Positions 9,875 to 21,795 of a stretch of DNA of 64,000 bases are shown piece by piece (positions within the stretch are counted from its first letter, which is position 1; each line of letters starts with the position of its first letter). Under the pieces are notes generated by a model, which was not told the DNA's origin, made no database searches, and worked only from the letters and a program-made list of their open reading frames with translations. Position numbers and translations under genes: made by a program. This stretch comes from an uncultured Pseudomonadota bacterium (GTDB lineage Bacteria > Myxococcota_A > Polyangia > Fen-1088), in the NCBI GenBank assembly GCA_963847705.1, contig CAWKBC010000034.1, forward strand, positions 128,001-192,000, given 5' to 3'.

Positions 9875-10318
9875 TCAGGCTGACGTCGAGGCGGCCGGCA
9901 CCGACAAGGCCAGCCGCACGAGCTGGCGGACGTTCAACGGGCACTCGACGGGGACCGGATCGCCGACCCAGCGGACCGCCGTGTACTCGTCGCAGGCGGT
10001 GAGATCGCGGGTGGAGACGTCGGCCACGAACGCGAAGTTCAGGTGCAGGCCCTTGCTGCCGGCCGGGTGCTCTTCGTAGCCGATGAGGCCGGCGGGCGTG
10101 CCGTCGACGCCGAGCCCCGTCGGGAAGACTCCCTCGAGGCCGGTCTCCTCGCGCAGCTCGCGACGGGCGGCCTCGAGCGGGGTCTCGTCCGCCTCCACCT
10201 CGCCCCCCACGGGGAGCCACAGATCGAGGCGCTTGTGACGCACGAGCAGGATCTCCCCACCGTGCCGGCAGAAGACCGCGACCGAAAACGCGCGCCGCTC
10301 CGCCACGCCGGGGGTCAC
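9875..10318 (-). CDS. NUDIX hydrolase
   Basis: Nudix box GGEVEADETPLEAARRELREETGL; exact GTG start uncertain (10318 or 10306). Confidence 0.85.
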   Translation of the reverse strand: MTPGVAERRAFSVAVFCRHGGEILLVRHKRLDLWLPVGGEVEADETPLEAARRELREETGLEGVFPTGLGVDGTPAGLIGYEEHPAGSKGLHLNFAFVADVSTRDLTACDEYTAVRWVGDPVPVECPLNVRQLVRLALSVPAASTSA

Positions 10319-10325
10319 TCGCCCG

Positions 10326-11531
10326 TCACTTGTCGGTGAGGGCGGCGACGCCCGGCAGCACCTTGCCCTCGAGGAACTCGAGCGAGGCGCCACCACCGGT
10401 CGACACGTGCGAGACCTTGCTGGCCACGCCCGCCTTCTTCACCGCCGACGCGGAGTCACCACCGCCGATGATGGTGGTCGCGCCGCCCGCGGTCGCCTTG
10501 GCCAGCGCCTCGGCGACGGCCATGGTCCCCTTGGCGGTGGCGTCGATCTCGAACACCCCGACCGGCCCATTCCAGATGATGGTCTTGGCGCCCAGCAGCA
10601 CCTCGGTGAAGGTGGCGACGGTGGCCGGGCCGACGTCGACCGCTTCCCAGTCGGCCGGGATGGCGTCCTTGGTGACGGTCTTGAGGGCGCCCACGGTGCG
10701 GGCCTTGAAGTCCAGCTTGTCGGTGACGACGAAGTCGGTTCCCAGCTCCAGCTTGCCGCCGGCCTCGGCCATCAGGCTGCGCGCCAGATCGAGCTTGTCG
10801 TTCTCGACGATCGACTTGCCGACCTCCAGCCCCTGCGCCTTGAGGAAGGTGTAGGTCATGCCGCCGCCGATCAGCAGCTTGTCGACGCGCGGCAGGAGGC
10901 TCTTGATGACGTCGATCTTGCTCGACACCTTGGAGCCGCCGAGCACCGCCACGAACGGCCGTTTCGGGTTGCTGAGCGCATCGCCCAGGTAGTCGAGCTC
11001 CTTCTTCATCAAATAGCCCGACGCCGCCTGGGGGACGAAGCGGGTGATCCCCTCCGTCGAGGCGTGCGCGCGGTGGGCGCTGCCGAAGGCGTCGTTCACG
11101 TAGAGGTCCGCCAGCGCCGCCAGCTTCTTGGCGAAGGCGGGATCGTTCTCCTCTTCTTCGGCGTGGAAGCGCAGGTTCTCCAGCAGCAGCACGCCCCCGG
11201 GTGCCAGCGCCGCCACCGCCTGCTCCGCCGCCGGCCCCACGCAGTCCTCGGCGAAGGCCACCGGCGCACCCAGCAACGCCGCCAGCGCGTCGGCCACCGG
11301 GCGGAGGCTCATCTCCGGGACGCGCTTTCCGTCGGGGCGCCCGAGGTGCGACATCAGGATCACCTTGGCCCCCTGCTTGCGCAGGTACTGGATGGTGGGC
11401 AGCGACTCCTTGATGCGCTTGTCGCTCTCCACCTTGCCGTCCTTGAGGGGGACGTTGAAGTCGACGCGCACGATGACGCGCTTGCCAGCCGTGTTCAGGT
11501 CCTCGACGAACAGCTTCTTCCCGGTGCTCAT
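10326..11531 (-). CDS. pgk: Phosphoglycerate kinase
   Basis: [57 protein letters not shown]. Confidence 0.98.
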   Translation of the reverse strand: MSTGKKLFVEDLNTAGKRVIVRVDFNVPLKDGKVESDKRIKESLPTIQYLRKQGAKVILMSHLGRPDGKRVPEMSLRPVADALAALLGAPVAFAEDCVGPAAEQAVAALAPGGVLLLENLRFHAEEEENDPAFAKKLAALADLYVNDAFGSAHRAHASTEGITRFVPQAASGYLMKKELDYLGDALSNPKRPFVAVLGGSKVSSKIDVIKSLLPRVDKLLIGGGMTYTFLKAQGLEVGKSIVENDKLDLARSLMAEAGGKLELGTDFVVTDKLDFKARTVGALKTVTKDAIPADWEAVDVGPATVATFTEVLLGAKTIIWNGPVGVFEIDATAKGTMAVAEALAKATAGGATTIIGGGDSASAVKKAGVASKVSHVSTGGGASLEFLEGKVLPGVAALTDK

Positions 11532-11624
11532 GACCAGGGATTTACCAGACTTCGCCTCGATTTGTCCCGGCGATTTGTCGACTGGTCGCCGCCGGCGCCC
11601 GGACGACGACGAAGGAAGGCCCGG

Positions 11625-12014
11625 TTACGGGGCTGACGCGGCGGCCGCTTCGTCCACCCGGCGCGCCGCTTCCATGAGCAGCTGCATCGTGGGGACACCG
11701 AGCTCGTCGGCCAGTCCCTCGTGATCCATCTGCGCGAAACTGAATCGGCCACGCTCCAGACCCAGGAGCTCGTAGACCGCCGACTTGTTGAGGCGGCGCG
11801 AGCCGTCGATGCGGGCGCGCAGCACGCGGCCGTGACGCAACCAGAGTCGCCCGACTTTATTGTTCGGGTCGTTCGGGTTGCTCCCCTGGTCCGCCACCAC
11901 GACCAGCTCACCCGAGCGTCGTTCGAGATCGAGGAAGGTCAGCACGGTCGCCAGGCCGAACTGCTCCAGGCGCCCGCGAAGTGCCGGTTCCAGCGATGAA
12001 CCCATTGATGCCAT
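11625..12014 (-). CDS. DUF4388 domain protein
   Basis: LRGRLEQFGLATVLTFL...SGEL...GRFSF...LLMEAARRVDE pattern. Confidence 0.8.
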   Translation of the reverse strand: MASMGSSLEPALRGRLEQFGLATVLTFLDLERRSGELVVVADQGSNPNDPNNKVGRLWLRHGRVLRARIDGSRRLNKSAVYELLGLERGRFSFAQMDHEGLADELGVPTMQLLMEAARRVDEAAAASAP

Positions 12015-12159
12015 CGGGAAGAGTTGACCCCCCTTCTGCCCGAAGCGCAAAAAACTGCCTCGGTCGGGACGTGAAGTCCTTGGATTGCCGCCCCTTGCGA
12101 GCTCCGCTCCAGAAAAACAGACCGACGGCGATCGGGAGTACAATGGGGCCGCCTCACCC

Positions 12160-12795
12160 ATGAGCGGAATCGAACGTCTGGTCTTCTGCCTGGCCTTCGC
12201 CGGGGTCGGCTCGCTGGGCTGTGGCAGCAACAACAGCAGCACCGCCGGGAGCTGCGGGCGCGTCGAATCCTGCGGGGGCGACGTCGTGGGCAGCTGGTCG
12301 ATCGTCCAATCGTGTGGCGTCAGCGACGCCTTCGTCGTCCAGGAGCAGCAGTTTTTTGCGGGGTTCTGCGACCCCGCCAACGCCGGAGCGGTCTTCGACC
12401 CCGGCACGACGACCTGGGTGGGATCGTGGTCGTTCAGCTCCGCGATGTCCTTCACCCGGTCGCTCCTGATCACCGAGCACCAGTCGTTCGTCTGTCAGGA
12501 CGGAGAGAAGTGCTCCGATCTCGAAAGCCAGATTCAAGCGGCCCAGGCGACCTATCCGATCCAGTCGGGCAGCTGCACGGCCGTCGGTCAGGGTTGTCGC
12601 TGCACGATCGACTGGTCAGCCCTCACGGAGCAGGACGGGACCTACACCAGCAGCGGCACCAAGCTCCTGCTGACCGTCGCGGACAGCTCGCCGACCGACT
12701 TCAACTACTGCGTCGAGGGGAACACGATGCACTGGATCGATCAGGACAACGCGCCCCCCACCGCCAACGCCGACATCGTGGCCGAGCGGCAGTAG
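12160..12795 (+). CDS. Cys-rich lipoprotein
   Basis: Lipobox SLGC; CGGDVVGSW..C and GTYT.SG..L..YCVEG motifs typical of myxobacterial lipoproteins. Confidence 0.8.
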   Translation: MSGIERLVFCLAFAGVGSLGCGSNNSSTAGSCGRVESCGGDVVGSWSIVQSCGVSDAFVVQEQQFFAGFCDPANAGAVFDPGTTTWVGSWSFSSAMSFTRSLLITEHQSFVCQDGEKCSDLESQIQAAQATYPIQSGSCTAVGQGCRCTIDWSALTEQDGTYTSSGTKLLLTVADSSPTDFNYCVEGNTMHWIDQDNAPPTANADIVAERQ

Positions 12796-12804
12796 GAGCC
12801 TGGC

Positions 12805-13203
12805 TCAGGGCGCTTGCCTGGACGCCACGAGGGTCTTCAGTCGGACCCATTCGCTCGACGCTTTGGCCCGGAGGGAGGTGACAATTCGACCTGTCCCGGG
12901 AGGAATATCGCGCGCCGCAAGCCACCCGAAGGCGAGGACGGCCACCGTCGCCAGCAAAAGGAGGGCAATCAGCATGGGCGCGCGATTGCGCGGAACCCTG
13001 TCGAAGCTGCGGAATCCCAGCTTGGCCGGAACCAGCGTCGGATCGTCGTGAGGCAGGTTCTCGAAGCCGGTGGCCTCCAGCTCGTCCCCCCGGCGAAAGA
13101 ACGCCTGGGTCCGCGAGCCCAGGCGCATCGTCGTGTTCTTGAGCTTGGTGAGAAGCACAATCCTTCGACTTGGTTGCGGCAGAACATCGGGATTGGGGAT
13201 CAT
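12805..13203 (-). CDS. Hypothetical single-TM protein
   Basis: TQAFFRRGDELE motif and one hydrophobic segment. Confidence 0.55.
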   Translation of the reverse strand: MIPNPDVLPQPSRRIVLLTKLKNTTMRLGSRTQAFFRRGDELEATGFENLPHDDPTLVPAKLGFRSFDRVPRNRAPMLIALLLLATVAVLAFGWLAARDIPPGTGRIVTSLRAKASSEWVRLKTLVASRQAP

Positions 13204-13236
13204 GCGCGCTCCATGCAATGCCGTGTCAATCGCCGA

Positions 13237-13419
13237 CTAGCGATCGAGCTTCTTGGCGGCGCCGTGCTTGGCTGCGCCCACCACGGCCTTCGCCGCCCCG
13301 ACGACACGATCCACCAGACCCTCGGCCTCCATCTTCTTGTTGCCGGAGACGACACCAGCGGCCTCTTTGAGGCGACCCTTGACGTTCTGCCCAGCGCCGT
13401 TCCTTTGATCTTTGTTCAT
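13237..13419 (-). CDS. CsbD family stress protein
   Basis: MNKDQ..G...NVKGRLKEAAG.VSGN..MEAEG. Confidence 0.85.
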   Translation of the reverse strand: MNKDQRNGAGQNVKGRLKEAAGVVSGNKKMEAEGLVDRVVGAAKAVVGAAKHGAAKKLDR

Positions 13420-13580
13420 GTGGCGAATGTGCTCATGCATCAGAATCCGTCAAGCGCCTACGAGTCTCTGCGCAGATCCATCGCCGCCTCCCCGCACCGC
13501 GCCGCCCTGAAGAGCCTGTCGATTGACTTCGCCAGCGCCCCACGCGAACCTCGCCGGCGGCAGGCGCGCGCTTCGTTTTC

Positions 13581-14516
13581 ATGTCCGGCCTCTATTCAGC
13601 CCTGTTCTCGATGGCGTTCACGTCGGTCGCGTGGTTCGCCAAGGTTGGCACCGTCGTGGGCGCGCTTCTCGGCGCCCTGCTCGCCTATCTGCCAATCGCG
13701 GGCGTCCTGCGCGCCCAGGGCGCGGTTCCCCAGCGGATCGCCGTGCGGCGGACGGCCGCCGTCTGCTGCCTCGTCTGGGGGCTGGTGCTCCCTCCGGTGT
13801 TCGCGGCCGCTGGGCTCGTATGGGGGTTGTCCCACGGGCTCAGCAACGTCGTCGAAGGGCCGCTGTCGACGACGGTCCGCGCGACGGTCGAGACCTGGAT
13901 GACCCGCGCCAACGGCCTGCGAAACGGAGTCCTCGGGCGGTATCCGCTGGCCAAGCGGCTCTCCGAGAGCGAGCTGGCGGCAGTGATGCGCGCGACCCCC
14001 GAGTGGATCTCGGAGGTGTTTGGCCACACCGAGGTCGCGGCGCTCCAGCAGAAGGCGGAGGATGCGATGGTTCCGGCGCCGGTGATCTCCTTCATGCGTG
14101 GTGAGTTCGAAGCGGTGGCGGCCGGCCACCACCACCGGGAATGGCTGACGCCCACCCTCGAGAATCTCCGCGCCCGGGCTCGCGGCGCGACCGCTGACTG
14201 GCCGACGATGCAAGAGACGATCGAGTCGATGGTGGCGCCGTCGGCCTTTCAGGGCGCGGCCAGCTCCATCCGCACGCGCGCCTGGCACTACATCTGGAGG
14301 ATGGTGCTGCGCGCCCTGTTGCTCTCGGCCGTGCTGGCGGGCGGCCTGCGGTTGCTCTGGCGGCTCCCCGCGCCCGCACCTGCGCCTGCGACCATGCCCG
14401 CACCTGCGACCGTGCCCGCGCCTGCCGCCGTGCCCGCGCCCGCCGCCGCGCCCGCGCCCGCCGCCGCGCCGAAGGAGACGCAGGATCCGCCTGGCGGTGA
14501 GACCAGCGGTGGCTGA
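13581..14516 (+). CDS. Hypothetical membrane protein with PAPA-rich tail
   Basis: Several TM segments; 18-bp repeats encoding PAPAxx near 14365-14470. Confidence 0.7.
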   Translation: MSGLYSALFSMAFTSVAWFAKVGTVVGALLGALLAYLPIAGVLRAQGAVPQRIAVRRTAAVCCLVWGLVLPPVFAAAGLVWGLSHGLSNVVEGPLSTTVRATVETWMTRANGLRNGVLGRYPLAKRLSESELAAVMRATPEWISEVFGHTEVAALQQKAEDAMVPAPVISFMRGEFEAVAAGHHHREWLTPTLENLRARARGATADWPTMQETIESMVAPSAFQGAASSIRTRAWHYIWRMVLRALLLSAVLAGGLRLLWRLPAPAPAPATMPAPATVPAPAAVPAPAAAPAPAAAPKETQDPPGGETSGG

Positions 14517-15600
14517 CGGCGATCCGAAGTCGCTGAAGTCGCCGAAGTCGCCGAAGTCGCCGAAGTCGCCCGGTTCGCCGTTCTCCGTGGGGGCGGCGGT
14601 CGCCACGATCTCGAAGCCAATCACGCTCCTGCGGGCGTTCGTCGCGCAGTACGCGCCCTGGATCTCGCTGGGCATCGGGCTGCTGTCGCGCGTCCTCAAC
14701 AAGCACGACATCCAGTTCGCGCCCAAGGCGGTCGCGCTGCTCGTCGTCGCCTGGACGTTGCCGGCGATCATGGCGCGCCTCATGCCGGACCCCCGCCCCG
14801 GCGTCACCGAGCCGGGCTGGCGCCGCGCCATCCGCACCGTCGGCGCCCCCTTCGCGGTGGTGGTCCTCTACAAGAACATCCTCTTCTTCCTGGTGCCGAT
14901 CTGGTTCGGCGCCGCGCATTTCCCTTCGCTGAACATGGGCGTGCCGCTGCTGCTGGCGGCGATGGCGCTGGGGACCTGTTTCGCCTCCCAGTACCAGCAC
15001 CGCATCATCGAGCACCCGGTGCGCCGCGTGCTCTGGTCGGCGGTGGTCCTGTTCGCGGCGCTGGTGCCGGCGCTGGAGGTCATGGCCTTCGCTTCCCCGC
15101 GCGTGTCGCTGTTCCTGGCGGCGCTGCTGTCGACGGCGGTGGCGACAGCCGCGCTGCGCAGCGACGGGGAGAGCATCCTCAGTCGCCGCGCGCTGGGCGG
15201 CATCCTGGCCGGCGCCGTCCCCGTCGCGTTGCTGGTCGTCCTGGCGGCGCCGCTCCTGCCGCCGGTTCCCGCCGATTGTCTGGACAAGGGCGCCGGCACG
15301 GCAATCATCAGTCGCAACCTGGTGGAGCGCGCCGAGGCGTTCCCGCGCGGCACCCATCGGGTCTACGCCTGGTTCGCCGTCTCGCTCCCCGCCCGTTACC
15401 GGCAGCAGGTGATCTACAAGTGGTTCCACGACGGCGCCATCGTGGGCGAGCCGATCGTCACCAACATCGAAGGCGGGCGCTCCGGCGGCTATCGCACCGC
15501 CACCTCCAAGCTCTCACCCGCGCCCGGCCATTGGCGCGCCGATTTGCTCAATGAGGCGGGCCAGTTGGTTGGTCGGGTCGCCTTCGACGTACTTCCGTAG
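14509..15600 (+). CDS. Multi-pass membrane protein with C-terminal DUF2914 domain
   Basis: About 8 TM segments, then VYAWFAV..P....IY.W.HDG....I.GGR..GYRT...PGHWR..L...GQLVGR..F.V. Confidence 0.8.
   Translation: MADGDPKSLKSPKSPKSPKSPGSPFSVGAAVATISKPITLLRAFVAQYAPWISLGIGLLSRVLNKHDIQFAPKAVALLVVAWTLPAIMARLMPDPRPGVTEPGWRRAIRTVGAPFAVVVLYKNILFFLVPIWFGAAHFPSLNMGVPLLLAAMALGTCFASQYQHRIIEHPVRRVLWSAVVLFAALVPALEVMAFASPRVSLFLAALLSTAVATAALRSDGESILSRRALGGILAGAVPVALLVVLAAPLLPPVPADCLDKGAGTAIISRNLVERAEAFPRGTHRVYAWFAVSLPARYRQQVIYKWFHDGAIVGEPIVTNIEGGRSGGYRTATSKLSPAPGHWRADLLNEAGQLVGRVAFDVLP
14524..14568 (+). repeat. 9-bp tandem repeat (CCGAAGTCG x5) encoding PKS
   Basis: Direct reading; one unit has a C-to-T change. 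Confidence 0.9.
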
Positions 15601-15716
15601 CGTCAGCTTCCTGACCGACGCAACGCAGGCCGAAGGTCTGTTTGTTTGTTGATTGGCCAATTGCCACGCGCGCAGTTCGTGTACCGTCGTCCCCCCCACT
15701 CGCGAGGAGAGCCCGC

Positions 15717-17258
15717 ATGCCCAACGCCACCCGTACTTTGTTCGCAGCTGCCGCCTTGGCCTGGTTCTCGACGGCCGGTTGCGGCGTCGACACCTCGAAC
15801 GACGCCACCACCGAGGCGCAGGGCGCCATCACTGCGACCTCCGCGAGCCAATCATTCCTGGTGTTGTTCTCGGGCGGAACGATTCCCGCCAACGCCGACG
15901 CCCTGGTGGCCGGGGCGGGAGGGACGATCGCCGCCCGCTACACCAACGTGGGCGCCGTGCTCGCCCGCTCGGCCAGCGCCTCTTTCGCCTCTTCGCTGCG
16001 CGCCACCTCCGGCGTCGACGCCGTCGGCGCAGTCAACTCCGTCCACAGCGCGCTCAGCCCGCTCATGGTCAAGACCGGGCACCGTCCGCCCCACACCCCC
16101 GCGCCGGGCCCCGGGGATCCGCTGTCGTTCCGCCAGTGGGACATGGATCAGATTCACGCTCCGCAGGCCCACAAGCTCTCGACCGGCAGCAAGTCGGTGC
16201 TGGTCGGCTTCCTCGACTCGGGCGTCGACGTGACCCACCCTGACCTCGTCGGCCAGGTCAACGCCTCCGCCAGCGCCTCTTGCCTGGGCGGCGTCGTCAA
16301 CACGTCGCCCGCGATCTGGGCCAACGACATCATCGGGCACGGCACCTTCGGCGCCGGGATCGTCGCGGCCGCCAAGAACGGCATCGGCACGGTGGGCGTC
16401 GCCCCCGGGGTCAAGGTCAGCATGGTCAAGGTGGCCGTCGACGACGTCAACGATCCCAACTTCGGGCTGGTCTTCCCCGACGCCGTGGTCTGCGGCATCG
16501 ACTGGGCCATCGCCCACAACGTCGACGTGCTCAACGCGAGCCTCACGATCGATCCCTTCACCGCGCCGATCGACGACATCTTCTGCAGCGATCAGCCCGA
16601 CCGGGCGGCCATCGTGCAGATCGTGCGCACGGCGATCCTGAAGGCGGCCGCCAAGAAGCTCACCGTGGTGGCCGCGACGGGAAACTTCTTCGACGACCTG
16701 GCGAACCTGCCGGGGTCGAAGCCCGGCGTTCAGTGCAAGGTCCTGCCGGTTTCGCTCCCCAAGGTGATCGGCGTGAGCGCCGTCGGCTACACCCAGAAGC
16801 TGTCGTTCTACTCCGACTACGGCTTCGGCGGGGTCGACCTGACCGCGCCCGGCGGCGACAGCCTGATTCCCGACGCGCTGGTCACCGACACCACCGCCTC
16901 GGGCCAGATCCTGTCGACCATCCCGGCGGGGAGCCTCTACTACCAGGGCGCAGCCGACTACGACGGACAGGTCCAGGACTGCTCGTCGGGGACCTGCGCG
17001 ACCTACGCCTACATCCAGGGGACGTCCGAGTCCGCCCCGCACGTGGCCGGCGTCGCCGCGCTGGTGATCAGCCGCTTCGGCAAGCTGACGCCCGATGCGC
17101 TGCTGGTGAAGCTGAGCCTGGCCGCGACGCCGCTGGCCTGTCCGCCCAGCCCTTACGATCCCGGCCAGACCGGCCAGCCCGCGACCTGCAAGGGGCCCGC
17201 CTTCTACAACAACTTCTACGGCGCGGGCGAAGTCGACGCGCTGGCCGTCCTGCGCTAG
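15717..17258 (+). CDS. S8 subtilisin-like serine protease, lipoprotein
   Basis: Lipobox TAGC; catalytic motifs FLDSG, GHGT and GTSESAPHVAG; oxyanion ATGN; GAGGAG RBS. Confidence 0.92.
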   Translation: MPNATRTLFAAAALAWFSTAGCGVDTSNDATTEAQGAITATSASQSFLVLFSGGTIPANADALVAGAGGTIAARYTNVGAVLARSASASFASSLRATSGVDAVGAVNSVHSALSPLMVKTGHRPPHTPAPGPGDPLSFRQWDMDQIHAPQAHKLSTGSKSVLVGFLDSGVDVTHPDLVGQVNASASASCLGGVVNTSPAIWANDIIGHGTFGAGIVAAAKNGIGTVGVAPGVKVSMVKVAVDDVNDPNFGLVFPDAVVCGIDWAIAHNVDVLNASLTIDPFTAPIDDIFCSDQPDRAAIVQIVRTAILKAAAKKLTVVAATGNFFDDLANLPGSKPGVQCKVLPVSLPKVIGVSAVGYTQKLSFYSDYGFGGVDLTAPGGDSLIPDALVTDTTASGQILSTIPAGSLYYQGAADYDGQVQDCSSGTCATYAYIQGTSESAPHVAGVAALVISRFGKLTPDALLVKLSLAATPLACPPSPYDPGQTGQPATCKGPAFYNNFYGAGEVDALAVLR

Positions 17259-17410
17259 AGGTCAGACCAGGCTTCGAGGATCCGCAGGCGGACAGAGCCG
17301 CGCACACCAGAGCCGCCGGCAACGCGGCGCCATGCGATCCTCGAGACAGGGCCTCCTCGTTCTATGGAGGCCGGCGCGGGCAACGTTCACTTGTTACCAT
17401 CCGGCACCAG

Positions 17411-18450
<1,040 letters not shown>

Positions 18451-18454
<4 letters not shown>

Positions 18455-18651
18455 GTCGTCGGCTTCGGGGCGGGCGGCGCCGCCGGCGAGACGGCCCGCT
18501 TCGTGGCGGCGAGCTTGACGGCGGTCGAGGGCTTTCCCGCGGCGGCGCGGGCGGCCTTGCCTTCCGGCGAGTTGTAGGCGCTGCGGTAGGCGTGGCGGAG
18601 GCGGCGATGCGTGGCCTGGGCGGCGGTGGTGGGTCGGTTGCGTTTGCTCAT
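18451..18651 (-). CDS. Small basic hypothetical protein
   Basis: 66 aa ORF filling the gap; Ala/Lys/Arg-rich; no motif. Confidence 0.4.
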
Positions 18652-18718
18652 GGCGCGGGACCTTACCAGCTTCCAGGCGACCTGGCACGCCGCCCCAGCG
18701 CCGGCGCCTCTGCGATCT

Positions 18719-21709
18719 CTACGGGCGCCCCGCGTCTCTTAGAACCCTCTGCACGGTGGTGGCCAGGGTCTCCATGCCGTACGGCTTGCCCAGCCAGGTG
18801 AGGTCCTTCTGGACCGCCAGCTCCGCGCGCTCGATCGGCGCGTGGCCGCTCGCCACGATGACCTTCTGGGCCGGGAACAGGCGCTGGATCTGTTCGATGA
18901 TCTGCAGACCGTCGACCGCCTCGCCCATCACCATGTCCATGATGACCAGGTCGAAAGGGCTCTGCCCCGAAGGCGCCGCGCGACTGAAGAGCTCATACGC
19001 GCCGAGGCCGCTCTCCATCACCTCGACCTGGTATCCGAGGCTGGTGAGCACCCGACGTCCGGTGCGCAGCTGGATCGGCTCGTCGTCGACGATCAGGATG
19101 CGCGCGCTCCCCCGGGGCGCGGCCAGCACCCTCTCCGTTCGCGCCGGGCCGTCGACGAGCGGCAGGTAGAGGGAGATCGTCGTTCCCCGACCGGGGGCGC
19201 TGACGACGTCGATGAATCCCTCGTGCTCTTTGACCACGCCATGGACGATGGCCAGCCCCAGACCGGACCCCGAGGTTTCGTTGATGCGCTTCTTGGTGAA
19301 GAAGGGCTCGAACACCCGGCCGATCTCCTGAGGCCCGATGCCGCAACCGTCGTCGGACACGGAGAGGGTGGCATAGCGCCCGGCCGGGATGATCTCGTAG
19401 CCCGCGCGCGGCTCGAGGAGGTCGACCTGGGCGCTCTCCACCACGACCCGGGCGGTTCTCTGCCGATTCTCTGGGGGATCCTCGGCGACGACCTCGCCAT
19501 TCCCGGCGACCGCCTCGACGGCGTTGCGAATCAGGTTGTCGACCGCCCTGGCCAGCTGCGACTCCGATCCCCGGACCACCAGCGGGGTCGCGCTGAGCTC
19601 CGCCAGCATGTGGACGCGAGGCGCCCCCTCGCCGACGAACCGCAGCGAGCCGTTGGCCCAGCACGACTTCACCACCTGACTGATGTCGAGGTTCTCCTTG
19701 GCCGTTCGCCCCTGGCGTCCGAGGGTGAGCAGGTCCTTGATGGTCTGGGCCGCGCGGAGGGCGGCCACCTTGATCGCCTCGACGTCGGCGCGCAGCTCGC
19801 GATGGGGCGGCGCCTGTCCCGAAGGCTCGCCGAGCTGGGCCAGGATGACGTCCGGCAGAGCGACCAGCGGCCCGAGCGCGTTGTTGAGATCGTGCGCCAC
19901 GCCGCCGGCCAGGATGCTCAAGGCCTCCATGCGCTTCGTGGCGGCCAGTCGCTCCTGCACGCTGCGTTCGTGCAACATGCTCGTCTGAACGAGCTCTTCC
20001 CGCAGGCGAATGCTCTTGAGCGCCGCCGCGATCTCGTTGCGAAACGCCTCGTAACCATTGTTCCCGTCGGCATAGCTGAACGCGATGACACCGAACAATT
20101 GATTTTCGAACGCCAGCGGCAGAACGAGGAGGCTCTCCCGCCGGTCGTCGGTCAGCGCGCCCGGCGGCACCAGCTGGCTGGCGGAGTAGTCGACGTGGTC
20201 ACCCTCCAGGAGCTCGCCGTCGCGCAGGCACATCGTGGCGCGCAACACCTCCCTGGTGTCGCCGGCCACGCAGGCCAGATACGCCGTGCGGACACCTGCG
20301 CTGGGCAAGCCTTTGACCAGCGCACCCCGCAACGACGCCAGGTCGAAGGCGATGGACGCCTGTTCCCCGACGCCGAGCAGGCGCAGGTAGTTTTCGTCCA
20401 GCAGCAGACGGTGCTGCATCTGGCTGGTCGTGGTGGAGAGCGCGACCAGGTTCAGCCCGTCGAAGAGGAGACGCTCGACCGGCAGGCTCGACCACCCGCG
20501 GAGCTCTTCGCGCAGGTAGCAGATGGCGCTGTGAAGCAGCTGTTGCCGCTCGTTGTCCGTACCGGCGCTCTCCAGCAGGCGGAGGATCGCCTGCTGGAAG
20601 GCCTCGCCCTTTCCCCGCAGCTCGGCGCGAAGCGCGTCGAGGAGATCCGTGGCTGCCGCAGCGCCGTCCGGGAAGCCAGCCCCGAGAATTCCGGCCAGCA
20701 CCGGGCGGAGGGCCTCCAGGTGCCCGGTCACGGAAAACTCGACGGAGGGAAGGTGGAGGGGCAGGTCGGACGAATTTGACCGGTAGACGCTGTGCCCGCA
20801 CCCGCACGATTGGCGGCGGACGAGCCGCGCTCCGATCTGCGTGTACGGAGGCACCGCTCGCCCCGCCAGCTGCGCCTCGATCGTCTGGACCGCCCAGGCG
20901 GCGACCTCTTCGAACTGCTGCGCCACCGTCGTCAACGGCGGATTTCCCAGCCGCGCCAGGACGAGATCGTCGAAGCCGGTGACCGCGAGGTCCTGGGGGA
21001 CCCGCAGACCCCGCTTGCGCAGGAAATCAATCGCTCCGGTGGCCATCTCGTCGTTGGCCGCGACGACAGCGTCGATCTCCACGCCGCTGGCGAGGATCCC
21101 CTCCATCGCCACCTTGGCCGAGTTGGCGCGGAAGTAACCGCGTGCCAGCCAGCGAGGATCGAAGGCGATGCCATAGCGGTTCAGCACCGCCCGATACGCG
21201 TCGAACCGAGCGTTGGCTTCCGGGTTCTCCGGGGTTCCGGCCAAAAAGGCGATCTGGCGGCGGCCATGATCGCGGATGAGGTGCTCGACCACCGCCTCCA
21301 TCCCCGGCCGATTGTCGAGCACCAGGCTGGGAACGCCGGGCAGCTCGATGCCGATGCTGCACATCGCGGGATGCGCCAGTCGCGCGGCCAGCCTGACCAC
21401 CCCGCTCGGTCCGCTGTAGGTCGACAGGAGTGAGGAGACGACGATGACACCGTCGGCCGAGTCCGGGCGAAGCAGCGCGTAGAGGGCATTGTCGGCGGCG
21501 TCTGGCGGTTGGGGGGCCTCCGCCGGCCCGCCATAGACCAGCAGCAGGTGATGGCCAGCCTCGCGGCACTTTCCGTGAATGGCGTCACGGAGCTGCGCCT
21601 CGTACCCCCCGCTGAACGAATTCAGGTGATCCAACAGCATCGCAATGCGACGCCGTCGCGGCGCTGTCGTCCCCAACCTCGAGCTCACAGTTTCCCGGGA
21701 GGGACCCAT
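18719..21709 (-). CDS. Cytoplasmic hybrid histidine kinase: LacI-type sugar-binding domain + HisKA/HATPase + receiver
   Basis: DNRPGM..VVEHL..HG, AANDEMA and VTGFDD..PPLTTVAQ (LacI effector domain); GVAHDLNN H-box; FEPFFTKK and GSGLGL; LIVDDE..DLVIMD..KPY receiver. The upstream ORF extension to 22654 is a shadow frame. Confidence 0.9.
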   Translation of the reverse strand: MGPSRETVSSRLGTTAPRRRRIAMLLDHLNSFSGGYEAQLRDAIHGKCREAGHHLLLVYGGPAEAPQPPDAADNALYALLRPDSADGVIVVSSLLSTYSGPSGVVRLAARLAHPAMCSIGIELPGVPSLVLDNRPGMEAVVEHLIRDHGRRQIAFLAGTPENPEANARFDAYRAVLNRYGIAFDPRWLARGYFRANSAKVAMEGILASGVEIDAVVAANDEMATGAIDFLRKRGLRVPQDLAVTGFDDLVLARLGNPPLTTVAQQFEEVAAWAVQTIEAQLAGRAVPPYTQIGARLVRRQSCGCGHSVYRSNSSDLPLHLPSVEFSVTGHLEALRPVLAGILGAGFPDGAAAATDLLDALRAELRGKGEAFQQAILRLLESAGTDNERQQLLHSAICYLREELRGWSSLPVERLLFDGLNLVALSTTTSQMQHRLLLDENYLRLLGVGEQASIAFDLASLRGALVKGLPSAGVRTAYLACVAGDTREVLRATMCLRDGELLEGDHVDYSASQLVPPGALTDDRRESLLVLPLAFENQLFGVIAFSYADGNNGYEAFRNEIAAALKSIRLREELVQTSMLHERSVQERLAATKRMEALSILAGGVAHDLNNALGPLVALPDVILAQLGEPSGQAPPHRELRADVEAIKVAALRAAQTIKDLLTLGRQGRTAKENLDISQVVKSCWANGSLRFVGEGAPRVHMLAELSATPLVVRGSESQLARAVDNLIRNAVEAVAGNGEVVAEDPPENRQRTARVVVESAQVDLLEPRAGYEIIPAGRYATLSVSDDGCGIGPQEIGRVFEPFFTKKRINETSGSGLGLAIVHGVVKEHEGFIDVVSAPGRGTTISLYLPLVDGPARTERVLAAPRGSARILIVDDEPIQLRTGRRVLTSLGYQVEVMESGLGAYELFSRAAPSGQSPFDLVIMDMVMGEAVDGLQIIEQIQRLFPAQKVIVASGHAPIERAELAVQKDLTWLGKPYGMETLATTVQRVLRDAGRP

Positions 21710-21795
21710 CGGCTGATCGGCCCGCGAACTTGCGAGGCTTAAATTGATCGAAATGAAAGTCCCAGATATGCGGCGGCCTGAGGCGGGCTGAAGCC

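Noticed and set aside
13210-13230. Sigma-54-like string TTGACACGGCATTGCA on the minus strand
   Set aside because: The -24 GG dinucleotide is missing and the spacing is off.
16280-17410. Apparent N-terminal extension of threonine aldolase (724 aa ORF)
   Set aside because: Off-frame overlap with the S8 protease; the LtaE motifs begin at ATG 17411.
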